DNA from: an uncultured euryarchaeote
GTDB taxonomy: Archaea > Thermoplasmatota > Poseidoniia > Poseidoniales > Thalassarchaeaceae
Direction: 5' to 3'
Assembly: GCA_937876055.1 (NCBI GenBank)
Contig: CALEIW010000051.1
Location: 1-36,001 of the forward strand
Length of the DNA: 36,001 bases
Notes under the pieces: model-generated
What the model saw: only the letters and a program-made list of their open reading frames with translations
The model's database searches: none
What the model was told of the DNA's origin: nothing
Part shown: positions 25,271 to 34,424 of the stretch, piece by piece
Position numbering within the stretch: the stretch's first letter is position 1
Layout of the letters: every line of letters begins with the position of its first letter
Program-made: the position numbers and the translations under genes

Positions 25271-27594
25271 TGGCTCACCTCCTCATGATCCTCTGGCACC
25301 ATCAATCGATTGAACCACTGTCCTAACCTTCCTGGCTCATGTGCAATGTGCTCGTTAGCATCCTTGAGAACTGGAGGGTTATGCCAATCGAAGGAAGGAG
25401 TCGGTGGTGGTGATGATGTCATCCACTCGAATGACCATCCACCCCATGGGTCGGCAGGAGCCTTTTCTCCCCTGACCAGACTAATCAACATGTTAGCAAC
25501 CATGATGAAGTTGGAAAAGAAGAATAGGAATGCACTGACAGATATGAAAAGATTCCACTCAGCAGCCCATTCTGGTAGATTTGTGAAATCGTCTGTTGTG
25601 ATGAAGTAAGTGTGATGCCTTCTTGCCATTCCAACAACACCAAGCTTGTGCATAGGCCAGAAGATTCCGTTGTAGGTAATGAATGCGGTTAGGAAGTGTA
25701 GAGTCCCCAATCTCTCGTCAAGCATTCGTCCGGTCATCTTTGGATACCAGTAGTATATTGCTGAGAAGAATCCGAAGACTGTACCTCCAACCAGTACATA
25801 ATGGAAGTGAGCTACAACGAAGTAAGTCTCGTGAAGGTGAGTATCCATTGCGATGGATGGGAAGAACATTCCAGAAATTCCACCAAGCGTGAAGGTAACC
25901 AAGAATCCTAGCGCCCACAAAGTGTGTGTGCGATAGACGAGTGAACCTCCATGCATAGTTTTCAGCCAATTGAAGATCTTGATACCAGTAGGAACAGCGA
26001 CTAACATAGTTGTCAGCATTGTTACGAATCTTAGTGAAGGCGACATTCCCGACGTAAACATGTGGTGTCCGTAAACGATGAAAGCCACGATTCCGATTCC
26101 TGCCATTGCGTAAACCATTGAGCGGTATCCAAAGATAGAACGCCTTGCGGATGTAGCAAGAACCTCGGAAATAACACCGAATGCAGGCACAATAACGACG
26201 TATACCTCAGGATGTCCGAAGTACCAGAACAAGTGACTCCAGAGTAATGGGTCACCTCCAGCAGATATGTCATAGAATGCGGTGGAGATAGTTCTGTCAA
26301 GGTAGACTTGAATTAACCCTACACCGAATGCTGGAATTGAAAGGAATAGCATTAGGTTAGCAACCAAAATGCTCCATGTGAACAATGGCATCTGCATCCA
26401 ACCCATACCTTCTGCACGCATTACTGCCATTGTTGTAAGGAAGTTAATTCCAGTTAGAGTGGATGATGCTACCAGCATTATCTGTCCTGCAACCCACATT
26501 GTGACACCAGTATGTGCGCCTTCTGTTACGATGTAAGGAGCATATCCTGTCCATCCAGTATCAGCTCCTTCTCCGGTGAATACACCGGTGAAAATCAGTA
26601 ATGCAGCAAACGGTTGCAGCCAGAATGATAGAGCATTCAATCTTGGCATGGCAAGGTCCGGTGCTCCAATTTGTAGGGGTACCATCCAATTTGCAAAACC
26701 GTTGATCAAAGGCATAGCAGCGAGGAAAATCATAGTAGTTCCGTGTAAAGTAAAGAAAGAGTTGTACTCATCTTGAGAAATGAAGTCATTACCAGGAACT
26801 GCGAGTTGAATCCTAATCATCATCGCAAGAATCCCACCGATTCCGAGGAAGAATAGACCCTGAACGAAATATAGAGTTCCAATCTTCTTGTGGTCTGTGC
26901 TGGTGAGCCACTCGGTCAACCACGGTGCTAGGTGCTCCCAATCGAATGCATCAGGATTGGTTCTGTAGAATCCATACAGAACTGTGATTGTTAGAAGTAT
27001 TCCAGAGATGATGATTAGTGTGGCCAATACCTTGTATGGATCTGCTTCTTCCAATCCAGGACCTAATGATCCTGCTACCTTCAGAGTCATTTTATTCCAC
27101 TGATCTTCGGGGCCTGCATTTCCATCTCCGTTAACAGAGTTGACGTGGACCACGAAGTCAACATCTCTACCATGGCTTGGAGCAATCCACTCGACAGTCC
27201 ATGATGTGTAATCGTTGCCCGCCTCAGTGTGAGTAACTTCGGATGGGCCATTGGATTGAACAGTCGCATCTAAAGGAGTAATTTCACCGCCGGATGCCCA
27301 TAGGTTGAATCCTCCAAGATTTGCATTTCCTTCAGCAGATGGACCACCAGTGAATGAAATTGTAACTTGATAGGTTTCAGACATATTGTATTCTTCTGGA
27401 AGACCATCCAAAGTCACCATGACTGCAGCATTCGGAGCAGCGGCGTGACAGTTACATCCACCAGCACTAATCTGATCATAATTTACTCCGGTCGGTAGGG
27501 AGTTTACAGCCGGTGATACGACCATCGCTATGGAGATTAACAGAAAAGCTACCATACTTCGTGAAATTGTAATGTTTCTTCCCATATCTTTCAA
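25267..27594 (-). CDS. coxA: cytochrome c oxidase subunit I (A-type) with extra N-terminal signal anchor, extracytoplasmic domain and TM helix
   Basis: The core starts at about aa 225 (TDHKKIGTLYF...) and includes WYFGHPEVYVVIVPAFG, HHMFTSG and HFHYVL. The first roughly 215 aa are not part of canonical subunit I. Confidence 0.95.
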   Translation of the reverse strand: MKDMGRNITISRSMVAFLLISIAMVVSPAVNSLPTGVNYDQISAGGCNCHAAAPNAAVMVTLDGLPEEYNMSETYQVTISFTGGPSAEGNANLGGFNLWASGGEITPLDATVQSNGPSEVTHTEAGNDYTSWTVEWIAPSHGRDVDFVVHVNSVNGDGNAGPEDQWNKMTLKVAGSLGPGLEEADPYKVLATLIIISGILLTITVLYGFYRTNPDAFDWEHLAPWLTEWLTSTDHKKIGTLYFVQGLFFLGIGGILAMMIRIQLAVPGNDFISQDEYNSFFTLHGTTMIFLAAMPLINGFANWMVPLQIGAPDLAMPRLNALSFWLQPFAALLIFTGVFTGEGADTGWTGYAPYIVTEGAHTGVTMWVAGQIMLVASSTLTGINFLTTMAVMRAEGMGWMQMPLFTWSILVANLMLFLSIPAFGVGLIQVYLDRTISTAFYDISAGGDPLLWSHLFWYFGHPEVYVVIVPAFGVISEVLATSARRSIFGYRSMVYAMAGIGIVAFIVYGHHMFTSGMSPSLRFVTMLTTMLVAVPTGIKIFNWLKTMHGGSLVYRTHTLWALGFLVTFTLGGISGMFFPSIAMDTHLHETYFVVAHFHYVLVGGTVFGFFSAIYYWYPKMTGRMLDERLGTLHFLTAFITYNGIFWPMHKLGVVGMARRHHTYFITTDDFTNLPEWAAEWNLFISVSAFLFFFSNFIMVANMLISLVRGEKAPADPWGGWSFEWMTSSPPPTPSFDWHNPPVLKDANEHIAHEPGRLGQWFNRLMVPEDHEEVSH

Positions 27595-27599
27595 CCTCC

Positions 27600-28343
27600 T
27601 CAGGCATGGATGCTAACGCCCGCCATCATGTAGGCGTGGTCATCACCACAGTATTCAGTACAGAGTAGTAGGAAGTCCTCAACATCTTCGGCGAGAATCC
27701 AAACAGTGGTTGTCTGTCCCGGAAGAACGTCTTCTTTGACTCCTAACGAGACAAACCAAGGAGCATGAGTTACATCTTCTGAAGTCATGTATGCGAGATA
27801 TGCATTCCCCGCCTGTAAGGAGAGATGAGGCACGGCTCTTCCGTCTGCTTCAGTGAATCCTGATTCACATAATTCCGCCTCTAGTGTCCCACAATCAAAA
27901 CTCCAAACCCACTGCTTGGCTGTTATCTCTATGGTGTGATAGCAATCTGCTTTGTATTCCCCTTTCAAATTAGCATCAGGGTTGAAGTATAGGTTCGAAC
28001 CGTCATATTCTGGGCTATCGTAAACACACTCATCACCAAAGTGTCCTCCATCGGCAGCACTGGTTGCAGACCATACATTGTCTAGTGGTGCCCAAGAGAT
28101 GTAAGTAAGGTAGACGATTAGGATAAATGGTACAATTGTCCAGGCCAATTCCAATTTTAGGTTATCATTTTCAGCAGGAAAAACTCCAACTTCTAAATTG
28201 TCTATATTGGGGTTTTCACCATCTTTTGAGCGATAGAAAAATGAGTGGTGATACAGCCACCCGAAGGTGAACAATGCAACCAATGCCGACCAAACAAGAT
28301 ACTCGTTCCAGAGGCTATCGTATAGAGGTGTGATGAGACTCAT
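27600..28343 (-). CDS. coxB: cytochrome c oxidase subunit II (CuA cupredoxin, no fused cytochrome c)
   Basis: Two N-terminal TM helices, then a cupredoxin domain with CuA ligands DVTHAPWF and CTEYCGDDHAYM. The ORF extends to 28442, but ATG 28343 (MSLITPLYD), preceded by GGAGAT, gives the canonical N-terminus. Confidence 0.9.
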   Translation of the reverse strand: MSLITPLYDSLWNEYLVWSALVALFTFGWLYHHSFFYRSKDGENPNIDNLEVGVFPAENDNLKLELAWTIVPFILIVYLTYISWAPLDNVWSATSAADGGHFGDECVYDSPEYDGSNLYFNPDANLKGEYKADCYHTIEITAKQWVWSFDCGTLEAELCESGFTEADGRAVPHLSLQAGNAYLAYMTSEDVTHAPWFVSLGVKEDVLPGQTTTVWILAEDVEDFLLLCTEYCGDDHAYMMAGVSIHA

Positions 28344-28520
28344 CGTTATCTCCGGTCTGAGCGCGTGTGAAAGTCCCTCATAAGTGTGAGGTTTGTGATT
28401 CCTGAAGAGAGGTCCGACGTAGTCGGAAATGACTTCAAACATCCAACCAACGTGAGCCCATCCAGATAGGGTTAGAATTGGTCTAATAAACTGAGTTTTT
28501 TATTCAAGAGGCGGAGACAG

Positions 28521-29030
28521 ATGGGTGCTAGTGATTGGGTCCAAGATAAGGGTAAAATTTCCGGCCCTCCAGATCGTGAAATTCGCTTTAATTTAGCAGC
28601 TCGTGCCTTCGCAGAAAGTCAACTCCGAAATCGAATGCCGTCAGATGGAGGAGCCGGATGTCCAGTTTTGGTAGAGGGCAAGAGAGACAAAGTGGCTTTG
28701 AGGGCTCTAGGATTTGAAGGGCCGATTGAATTGATTAATCGTGGCTGGGATAGATCTCGACTTGTAGCATATTTCTACGATACATACGGAACTCGAAATA
28801 CAATCGATGGCGGCCCACCTCTAATGTTGCTAATGGATTGGGACCGTACCGGAGGTCAAATTCAGACCTCTCTTCGAGATCGACTAAATTCACTAGACGT
28901 TCCAATCGATGAAAATCTCAGAAAGGTTCTGTTGAAGACCATGAAGCCAGAAGGTAAAACCGTCGAAGCATTAGCACCATTTGCAAAAACTCTGAGGCCC
29001 TTAATTGAAGAACAACTGGATGCAATCTAA
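28521..29030 (+). CDS. small Toprim-domain protein (COG1658/RNase M5-like class)
   Basis: The Toprim acidic residues occur in PVLVEGKRDKVALRALG and LLMDWDRTGG. At 169 aa there is no attached primase or topoisomerase domain. Confidence 0.7.
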   Translation: MGASDWVQDKGKISGPPDREIRFNLAARAFAESQLRNRMPSDGGAGCPVLVEGKRDKVALRALGFEGPIELINRGWDRSRLVAYFYDTYGTRNTIDGGPPLMLLMDWDRTGGQIQTSLRDRLNSLDVPIDENLRKVLLKTMKPEGKTVEALAPFAKTLRPLIEEQLDAI

Positions 29031-29031
29031 C

Positions 29032-29505
29032 TTATTTTGGAAATGATGTGGGACTCTCTTTGACCGTATTGAGTACTAGGTGAGTAACCGAACGTTTCAC
29101 ACCATCCATCGAGAGGAGATTTTTCGATAAATCGTCGAGGTCACTTCTATCGCTGGCTCTGGCGATAATCATTGAATCGAATTCGCCGGTAACATCGTAA
29201 ACGCCGTAGACTCTCGAATCGCGGGCAATAATCTCTTGAATTTCGATTAGACGCCCCTTCTGAATTCTTAGTCCAATTACGACATTTAACCCCCATCCAA
29301 CCTTATCCGAATCGAGAATCACTCGGTACTCCTTGATGACTCCACTGTCTTCTAATTTCTTCACTCGATTGCTAACTGTACCTAGAGAAACACCGACCTC
29401 CTCTGCTATACCGCGTAGCGATGTTCTAGCATCGCGTTCCAGCACCTCAATGATTCTGCGGTCGGTGTCGTCCAGAATGAATATCCCTCGGGAGACTGTG
29501 CTCAA
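29032..29505 (-). CDS. Lrp/AsnC family transcriptional regulator
   Basis: LDDTDRRIIEVLERDARTSLRGIAEEVGVSLGTVSNRVKKLEDSGVI is the HTH_AsnC motif. It is followed by a RAM/AsnC_trans_reg effector domain. Confidence 0.92.
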   Translation of the reverse strand: MSTVSRGIFILDDTDRRIIEVLERDARTSLRGIAEEVGVSLGTVSNRVKKLEDSGVIKEYRVILDSDKVGWGLNVVIGLRIQKGRLIEIQEIIARDSRVYGVYDVTGEFDSMIIARASDRSDLDDLSKNLLSMDGVKRSVTHLVLNTVKESPTSFPK

Positions 29506-29560
29506 GGCATTAGGCTATTGAACATTCACCTCAAAATCTGCGAGTAGATTGAACGTATGT

Positions 29561-31207
29561 TCATTCTTCTTGATTGATTATGATGCCTCTCATTACTCGT
29601 AAAACATGTACTTCTGCGGTTCTCATCATCAGACTAACTCGTCCTCCAATCCAAACCGGAATAGTGGTTCCATCCGATTCATCGACCAACAGAAAATTCC
29701 CTCTCGTGGATGATAGTTTTGTACTCACCAAAGTGGGTTCTGGCTCATCTCCTGAGAGTAAGGAATCGATAACTTTCGATGGCACTTCAGTACGTCCTTT
29801 TTCGATTATATCAGCGAATTTTTTCGCCGCAGAACCAACAACTCGTTCAAACTCTCCACGGCGTAAATGAATAGCTTCGAGCCCGAGATAAACCACTTTC
29901 AAAGGACGCCAACGCCTACCCGGAATCCGCATCCTTCCGCCTTTTCGACTCCTTTCAGAGGACCAAATATCGTTAGCTTCGGCAGTTGACCATAGAACCT
30001 TCTTACCTCGTACCCAAAGGTCCTCTGGCAAGTCTCCCAATTCCTCTTCCAAGATTGTTCTAGTCTCGGATGAAATTGGTTGGGGAACATCCTCGTTATC
30101 TACGGGTGCTTCTTCTTCCGTCAACTCACGATTAACCTGAGTATTTGATTCTGTTTCTACTGAGGATTTTTTCTCAATTACAGCAAGGAAAAATCCTCCT
30201 GCTGTCGACTCATCATTCCACACTCTCATACATAGTGGCAGAGCATCAATGATTTCTTTTTCAGAAGGAGAAAGAAAATTGTCTTCTTCTTGTTCATTCT
30301 GAACGATTGAACATTCATCAGAAAGCACAGGCCATTGTGTCATTCCTTCAGATGCGGGCAATTTTGGGATCAAATCATGGGCTGAAATCAGTTTCAAAGA
30401 AGGGTCGTTTCTCAGAACCTCGGCAACTACAGCTTCGTTTTCGATAGGATCTAGAGAACAGGTCGAGTAAACAACTCGTCCTCCTGATTTGACGAGTTTT
30501 GTAGCCCGACTCAAAATATCGATTTGCAACTTCTGCATCGAACGTCCACCACTTGGCTTCCAGCGAGACCACACATGGGGATTCTTGCGTGTGGTTCCAG
30601 TTCCTGTGCAGGGTGCATCAACCAATATACGGTCATAGCCAAATTCTGGAACCTTGGGAAAATGACGTGCATCGTGGTTGACGATGATATTGCTTCGCGA
30701 ACGGTGTCTCTGTATATTGGAAACTAGTAGGTTTACTCGACCTCTGACAATTTCGTTCGCGACAACGACTCCAGAATCATTCAGATGTTCTGCAATTTGT
30801 GAAGTCTTAGATCCTGGACTGGCGCATAAGTCGAGAATATATTCACCAGGTTTTGGGTCCAAAGCCAGTACAGGCAACATAGACACAGCCTCTTGCCGAG
30901 TTAATCTTCCAGTTTCATGTAAAGCGGCAAGGGCAGATTTCACCTCACCTTCAGCCTTGCCGCGTGAGAACGGCATAGTCCAAGCAGAACCAACTCCATT
31001 AAACCACTCAATAGGCTTACAGTCTAACGATTTTAACCAGTTTTCAAGCCATTCTTGATCTGCTGATAAGGGGTTCACTCGCACTGTTTCGGGGAGTCTT
31101 TCGTACGCGTGTGCGAACCATGATTCAGAATTTTCTCGCCAGCAACTTACCGCCTTCAATAACAGGCTGGCGCGCGCGGCCTTATCCCAATCGACCTCCT
31201 CTCGCAC
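29561..31207 (-). CDS. NOL1/NOP2/Sun family RNA cytosine-C5 methyltransferase with C-terminal extension
   Basis: DLCASPGSKTSQIA (SAM motif I), ILVDAPCTGTGTTRKNP (motif IV Cys) and VVYSTCSLDPIENE (motif VI Cys). The C-terminal region of about 200 aa is unassigned. GTG start. Confidence 0.9.
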   Translation of the reverse strand: MREEVDWDKAARASLLLKAVSCWRENSESWFAHAYERLPETVRVNPLSADQEWLENWLKSLDCKPIEWFNGVGSAWTMPFSRGKAEGEVKSALAALHETGRLTRQEAVSMLPVLALDPKPGEYILDLCASPGSKTSQIAEHLNDSGVVVANEIVRGRVNLLVSNIQRHRSRSNIIVNHDARHFPKVPEFGYDRILVDAPCTGTGTTRKNPHVWSRWKPSGGRSMQKLQIDILSRATKLVKSGGRVVYSTCSLDPIENEAVVAEVLRNDPSLKLISAHDLIPKLPASEGMTQWPVLSDECSIVQNEQEEDNFLSPSEKEIIDALPLCMRVWNDESTAGGFFLAVIEKKSSVETESNTQVNRELTEEEAPVDNEDVPQPISSETRTILEEELGDLPEDLWVRGKKVLWSTAEANDIWSSERSRKGGRMRIPGRRWRPLKVVYLGLEAIHLRRGEFERVVGSAAKKFADIIEKGRTEVPSKVIDSLLSGDEPEPTLVSTKLSSTRGNFLLVDESDGTTIPVWIGGRVSLMMRTAEVHVLRVMRGIIINQEE

Positions 31208-31341
31208 AAGGTCGCGTCAATCATCTTCAACATCAAGCGATTGGCTCTGGCAATCTCACTACCCCCAAGAATTCTCATTCTTCCCCCAAACAAATTCGTA
31301 AACGGTTAAACCTCTAACTATGCGCTCACGACTCACGGCCT

Positions 31342-31716
31342 ATGCCGTATGGGATGCACATGACAGGACTGAGAAGAAGAATAGCGAGGAGCCCAACCGA
31401 ACCTAATCGAACGACAAATACGGAGGCAACTCAAAAGCTGTTTGGGCTCGTTGAACGAGCACGGACGAATGGAAGAGAGCAAGGTCCACTAGTGCCTGTT
31501 GAGGCATTAATCACAGTCGATAAAGAAGAATGGGTTTGGCAGGTTGTAGACAGAGATGTACTGGAAGTCTTGTCTCACAGATTGGTGTTCGAATCATCGG
31601 CTGGAAAGCGCCGAGAAATTTTGATGACCGCCGGCATCGATGCTGCCATGGATGCGGCCTCAAAGATTGTCGAACTCGATGGCGGATGTGTACTAATTGA
31701 GACACTAGACCCTTGA
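31342..31716 (+). CDS. hypothetical protein
   Basis: 124-aa ORF with no recognisable motif. It occupies an otherwise empty interval. Confidence 0.4.
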   Translation: MPYGMHMTGLRRRIARSPTEPNRTTNTEATQKLFGLVERARTNGREQGPLVPVEALITVDKEEWVWQVVDRDVLEVLSHRLVFESSAGKRREILMTAGIDAAMDAASKIVELDGGCVLIETLDP

Positions 31717-31805
31717 TTTTGAATCATTTAGGGTAATTTATCGTAAATTTGCTGATTTATTCTGTTTCGCCGTCTTGAAATAGTGCAGGTAGGTGCGACG
31801 GCCCG

Positions 31806-32003
31806 ATGGCGAAGGAGAAGAAGGGCAGCGGCATCCAGCAAGCAGCGGGTTTAATCCGCTACTTCGACGAGGAGTCAGAGGATGCCATTCAGATCAGTAA
31901 AGGAATTGTCTACGCTGCATGTGTGGTCTTCTCCGTAGCAATTTATCTTCAGCACCATGGAGTATGGGCATGGATGGGCGACGTCCTTTCCGGAATTGTC
32001 TGA
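31806..32003 (+). CDS. secG: preprotein translocase subunit Sec61-beta (archaeal SecG)
   Basis: 65 aa. AAGLIRYFDEE followed by a single C-terminal TM helix (IVYAACVVFSVAIYL) matches the archaeal Sec61-beta pattern (SAGLIRYxDE). Confidence 0.8.
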   Translation: MAKEKKGSGIQQAAGLIRYFDEESEDAIQISKGIVYAACVVFSVAIYLQHHGVWAWMGDVLSGIV

Positions 32004-32861
32004 TTACTCTTCACCGGTCAAATCGACAACTGGTAATTCATCATCTAGTAGGTGCGAAGCATCTATCTCATCTTCCTGCTGGTTCTTGTCCCACCAAGTG
32101 AGAGTTCCCGAACCGATTGCGGCTGCCTCCGATGACCTGACTTCGGTTGTTGGGTCTGCTTCCACTAGAGCCTGTGTTGCCCTTGCTAGAGCCCTTTCCA
32201 CGGCTGGAGCATTGTGATCGGCAAGGGCAGCCCGAGCCTCATCCAAATTTTGTTCGGCTTGGTTTAGGATGAGCTCGATATCCTCGCTTCCACGAAGCGC
32301 CGATATTTTTTCAGATAGATTGGTGATTTCTTCATTCATCTCATCTCTTGCGTGATGAATGAGCCCTTCCCAAGCGCTACGATGTTGGGAAATTGTAGCG
32401 CCTGACTTTTTTTCAAATCTCGATGTCCATGATGGCTCCCATGGATTTCGGCCTAAGGTGGCTGCTATATCGTGTACAATGCGCGCACGTAGAGCCAATG
32501 GACCAGTTATTTCGATTCGATTGAGAAAACATCTTGCTACTAATCCGAATCCCCAATATGAGTCCGATTTTACAACCATAGAAACATCTCCTGCTGAGGT
32601 TGAAAACCTCCACCTCTGTTCATCATAACCAGGTTTTGATTCGAAGAATGGTGGGTCAGCAGGGCCTAGAGAGCGGAGAGCCGATCTAGCAACATCTCCG
32701 AGATATACAGTTGAATTGCCCTTGATTCCAGCGGGTCGTAGTCTTCCTTCAATGTCTATTGACATCTGAGGTTGTCCTTCTCTTACCTGAGCCCATAGTA
32801 TGGTTTTGTTTGGATCGAGGCCGATTGTTCCCTCCTCTACCGACTCGGCCTCGTCATCCAT
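32004..32861 (-). CDS. hypothetical protein (acidic termini, C-terminal helical region)
   Basis: 285-aa ORF with no recognised family. Residues about 190-240 look coiled-coil/helical (ISALRGSEDIELILNQAEQNLDEARAALADH). Confidence 0.55.
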   Translation of the reverse strand: MDDEAESVEEGTIGLDPNKTILWAQVREGQPQMSIDIEGRLRPAGIKGNSTVYLGDVARSALRSLGPADPPFFESKPGYDEQRWRFSTSAGDVSMVVKSDSYWGFGLVARCFLNRIEITGPLALRARIVHDIAATLGRNPWEPSWTSRFEKKSGATISQHRSAWEGLIHHARDEMNEEITNLSEKISALRGSEDIELILNQAEQNLDEARAALADHNAPAVERALARATQALVEADPTTEVRSSEAAAIGSGTLTWWDKNQQEDEIDASHLLDDELPVVDLTGEE

Positions 32862-32896
32862 GATGACGGCTGAACTGCCTTCGCGTTGAACGTTAC

Positions 32897-33136
32897 GTGC
32901 AGACGAGAATGCTCAAGTCCCGTCTGTTTGAACACTACCACGTGCCACGACGCAAGTACGGACGACTTACCAAAGTCGTAGAGATTCCACCAAAGGATAA
33001 CTGCTCACGCTGTCGTGCTGGAAAGTATTGCCCACTGCCTGGTCATTCGGGAAATAATGTTCAAGCTGAACGTGAATGGCAAGGGCCAGAAGTTGTTGAT
33101 AAGCGACAAAATAAGAAAAATCCAGCAAAAAAATGA
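32897..33136 (+). CDS. hypothetical small basic protein with CxxC...C...H cluster
   Basis: 79 aa (GTG 32897, or ATG 32909). CSRCRAGKYCPLPGH is a possible zinc knuckle. The tail is Lys-rich. Confidence 0.4.
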   Translation: MQTRMLKSRLFEHYHVPRRKYGRLTKVVEIPPKDNCSRCRAGKYCPLPGHSGNNVQAEREWQGPEVVDKRQNKKNPAKK

Positions 33137-33141
33137 GACTG

Positions 33142-34269
33142 CTAATCTTGCTGAATCGCAGTCGCTGGAAGTATGAGATATTCGCCCTCTAATTCATCTT
33201 CAACTTCTGAATCAATTTCGAACTCTTCCAATTCTGGTAAACGCTGAGCCCTGTGGTAAATCTCTCTCAGTGTTTGGTCACTAATCTCCAGATATACTCT
33301 GGTTGTTGCGATACTTGCATGCCCTAATAATCTCTGAATGGTAACTAAATCTGCACCACGCTCAAGCAACCCTGTCGCGAATGTGTGTCGCAAAGTGTGA
33401 GGGGATAGTCGAGCGCGGGGGATTTCAGCCTCATCAGCCAATCTGTCAATTAATTTCTGAATAGACCTAGGATTGATCCTATTTCCTCTGCTTGAAAGGA
33501 AGAGGGCTCTTTCCGTGTCTTCATTTTCTAACATCTTTGAGCGCATAGTTCTGATCGGATTCCACGCTTCAATTGCTTCGGTGGTCTTCTTGGTAAACAG
33601 AACAGTTCGATCCTTTTCTCCCTTACCACCGATTACAAGAGCAGATAGGTCTTCATGGTCAACATCATCGATGTCTAAATTACATAATTCAGAGATTCGT
33701 AATCCAGTGTCCAACATTGTGGTAACTATTGGATGAGCTAATGGGTCTTCCATTCTAAGCGCCGCTGAACGAACTTTCAGTACCTCTGAACGACCTAATG
33801 GCCGTGGCAGAGGTCGGCGGCGCGCCGGTCTTTGTACCCATTCTGGAACAGCATATCCTAGCCATTTGAGAAGATGAGATACCGCCGCTAGTCTGGCGTT
33901 TATTGTAGCAGGACGCAACTCTCCTAGGCTGTTTAGCCAAGCATCTACACGCCCAGTAGATGGATCAACACGCTCGTGGTAAACTCTTACTGGGATATCC
34001 TGAGCATTTTCCCAAGATAGTTCTTCTTCACCCGGTAAAGCAGTAGTCGAGAAATCACGCGCCGCTACAGTGTATGCCCGAATTGTGTGCTTTGATTTCT
34101 TTTCAGTGCGTAATTGCCCTGCCCAACACTCGAACCAAGGAAGGGCTGCCAATCGCATTAGTCTCGTAGGTAGAGGGTTTACCGGGTTGGACTGACTAAT
34201 TGTAGAGGAAGTTTCGAACCGCCCCTGCATAACCTCTTGGCTAGCAATTCCTCTATCTTCATCTTCCAT
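33142..34269 (-). CDS. tyrosine recombinase, XerA/XerC/XerD-like, with N-terminal extension of about 50 aa
   Basis: Catalytic signature: LDTGLRISEL (Arg), HTLRHTFATGLLERGADLVTIQRLLGHASIATTRVY (His-x-x-Arg, His, Tyr). An N-terminal SAM-like core-binding domain is present. Confidence 0.9.
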   Translation of the reverse strand: MEDEDRGIASQEVMQGRFETSSTISQSNPVNPLPTRLMRLAALPWFECWAGQLRTEKKSKHTIRAYTVAARDFSTTALPGEEELSWENAQDIPVRVYHERVDPSTGRVDAWLNSLGELRPATINARLAAVSHLLKWLGYAVPEWVQRPARRRPLPRPLGRSEVLKVRSAALRMEDPLAHPIVTTMLDTGLRISELCNLDIDDVDHEDLSALVIGGKGEKDRTVLFTKKTTEAIEAWNPIRTMRSKMLENEDTERALFLSSRGNRINPRSIQKLIDRLADEAEIPRARLSPHTLRHTFATGLLERGADLVTIQRLLGHASIATTRVYLEISDQTLREIYHRAQRLPELEEFEIDSEVEDELEGEYLILPATAIQQD

Positions 34270-34424
34270 ATCAAGGTCCCTCGCCTATTTCCGTCGCGAA
34301 CGACGGGTGCATCCCTGCCCATACGGGCGAACCCAAGTGGGTCTATCCAAACTTGAATGCTTCTGATGAGGACAGCCTTAAAGCTAGTTTTTTCGAGCAA
34401 TAGCAAAAAAGCCGTTTACTGATT

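Noticed and set aside
27440-27460. Possible heme c attachment site in the CoxA N-terminal domain (GGCNCH)
   Set aside because: The spacing is C-x-C-H, not the CxxCH (or CxxxCH/CxxxxCH) needed for covalent heme c attachment. It is treated only as a possible metal or disulfide site.
28369-28376. Exact GAAAGUCC string (RNase P CR-I-like)
   Set aside because: It lies in the about 177-bp coxB leader/extension, too short for an RNase P RNA, and no matching CR-IV/CR-V partner follows it. Judged a chance octamer.
34364-34424. C/D-box sRNA-like strings (CUGAUGA at about 34364, CUGA at about 34419) between rimK and xer
   Set aside because: There are no internal D'/C' boxes and no terminal stem, and a T6 run lies inside the would-be RNA. 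The A/T runs are better explained as the rimK poly-T terminator and the xer promoter.
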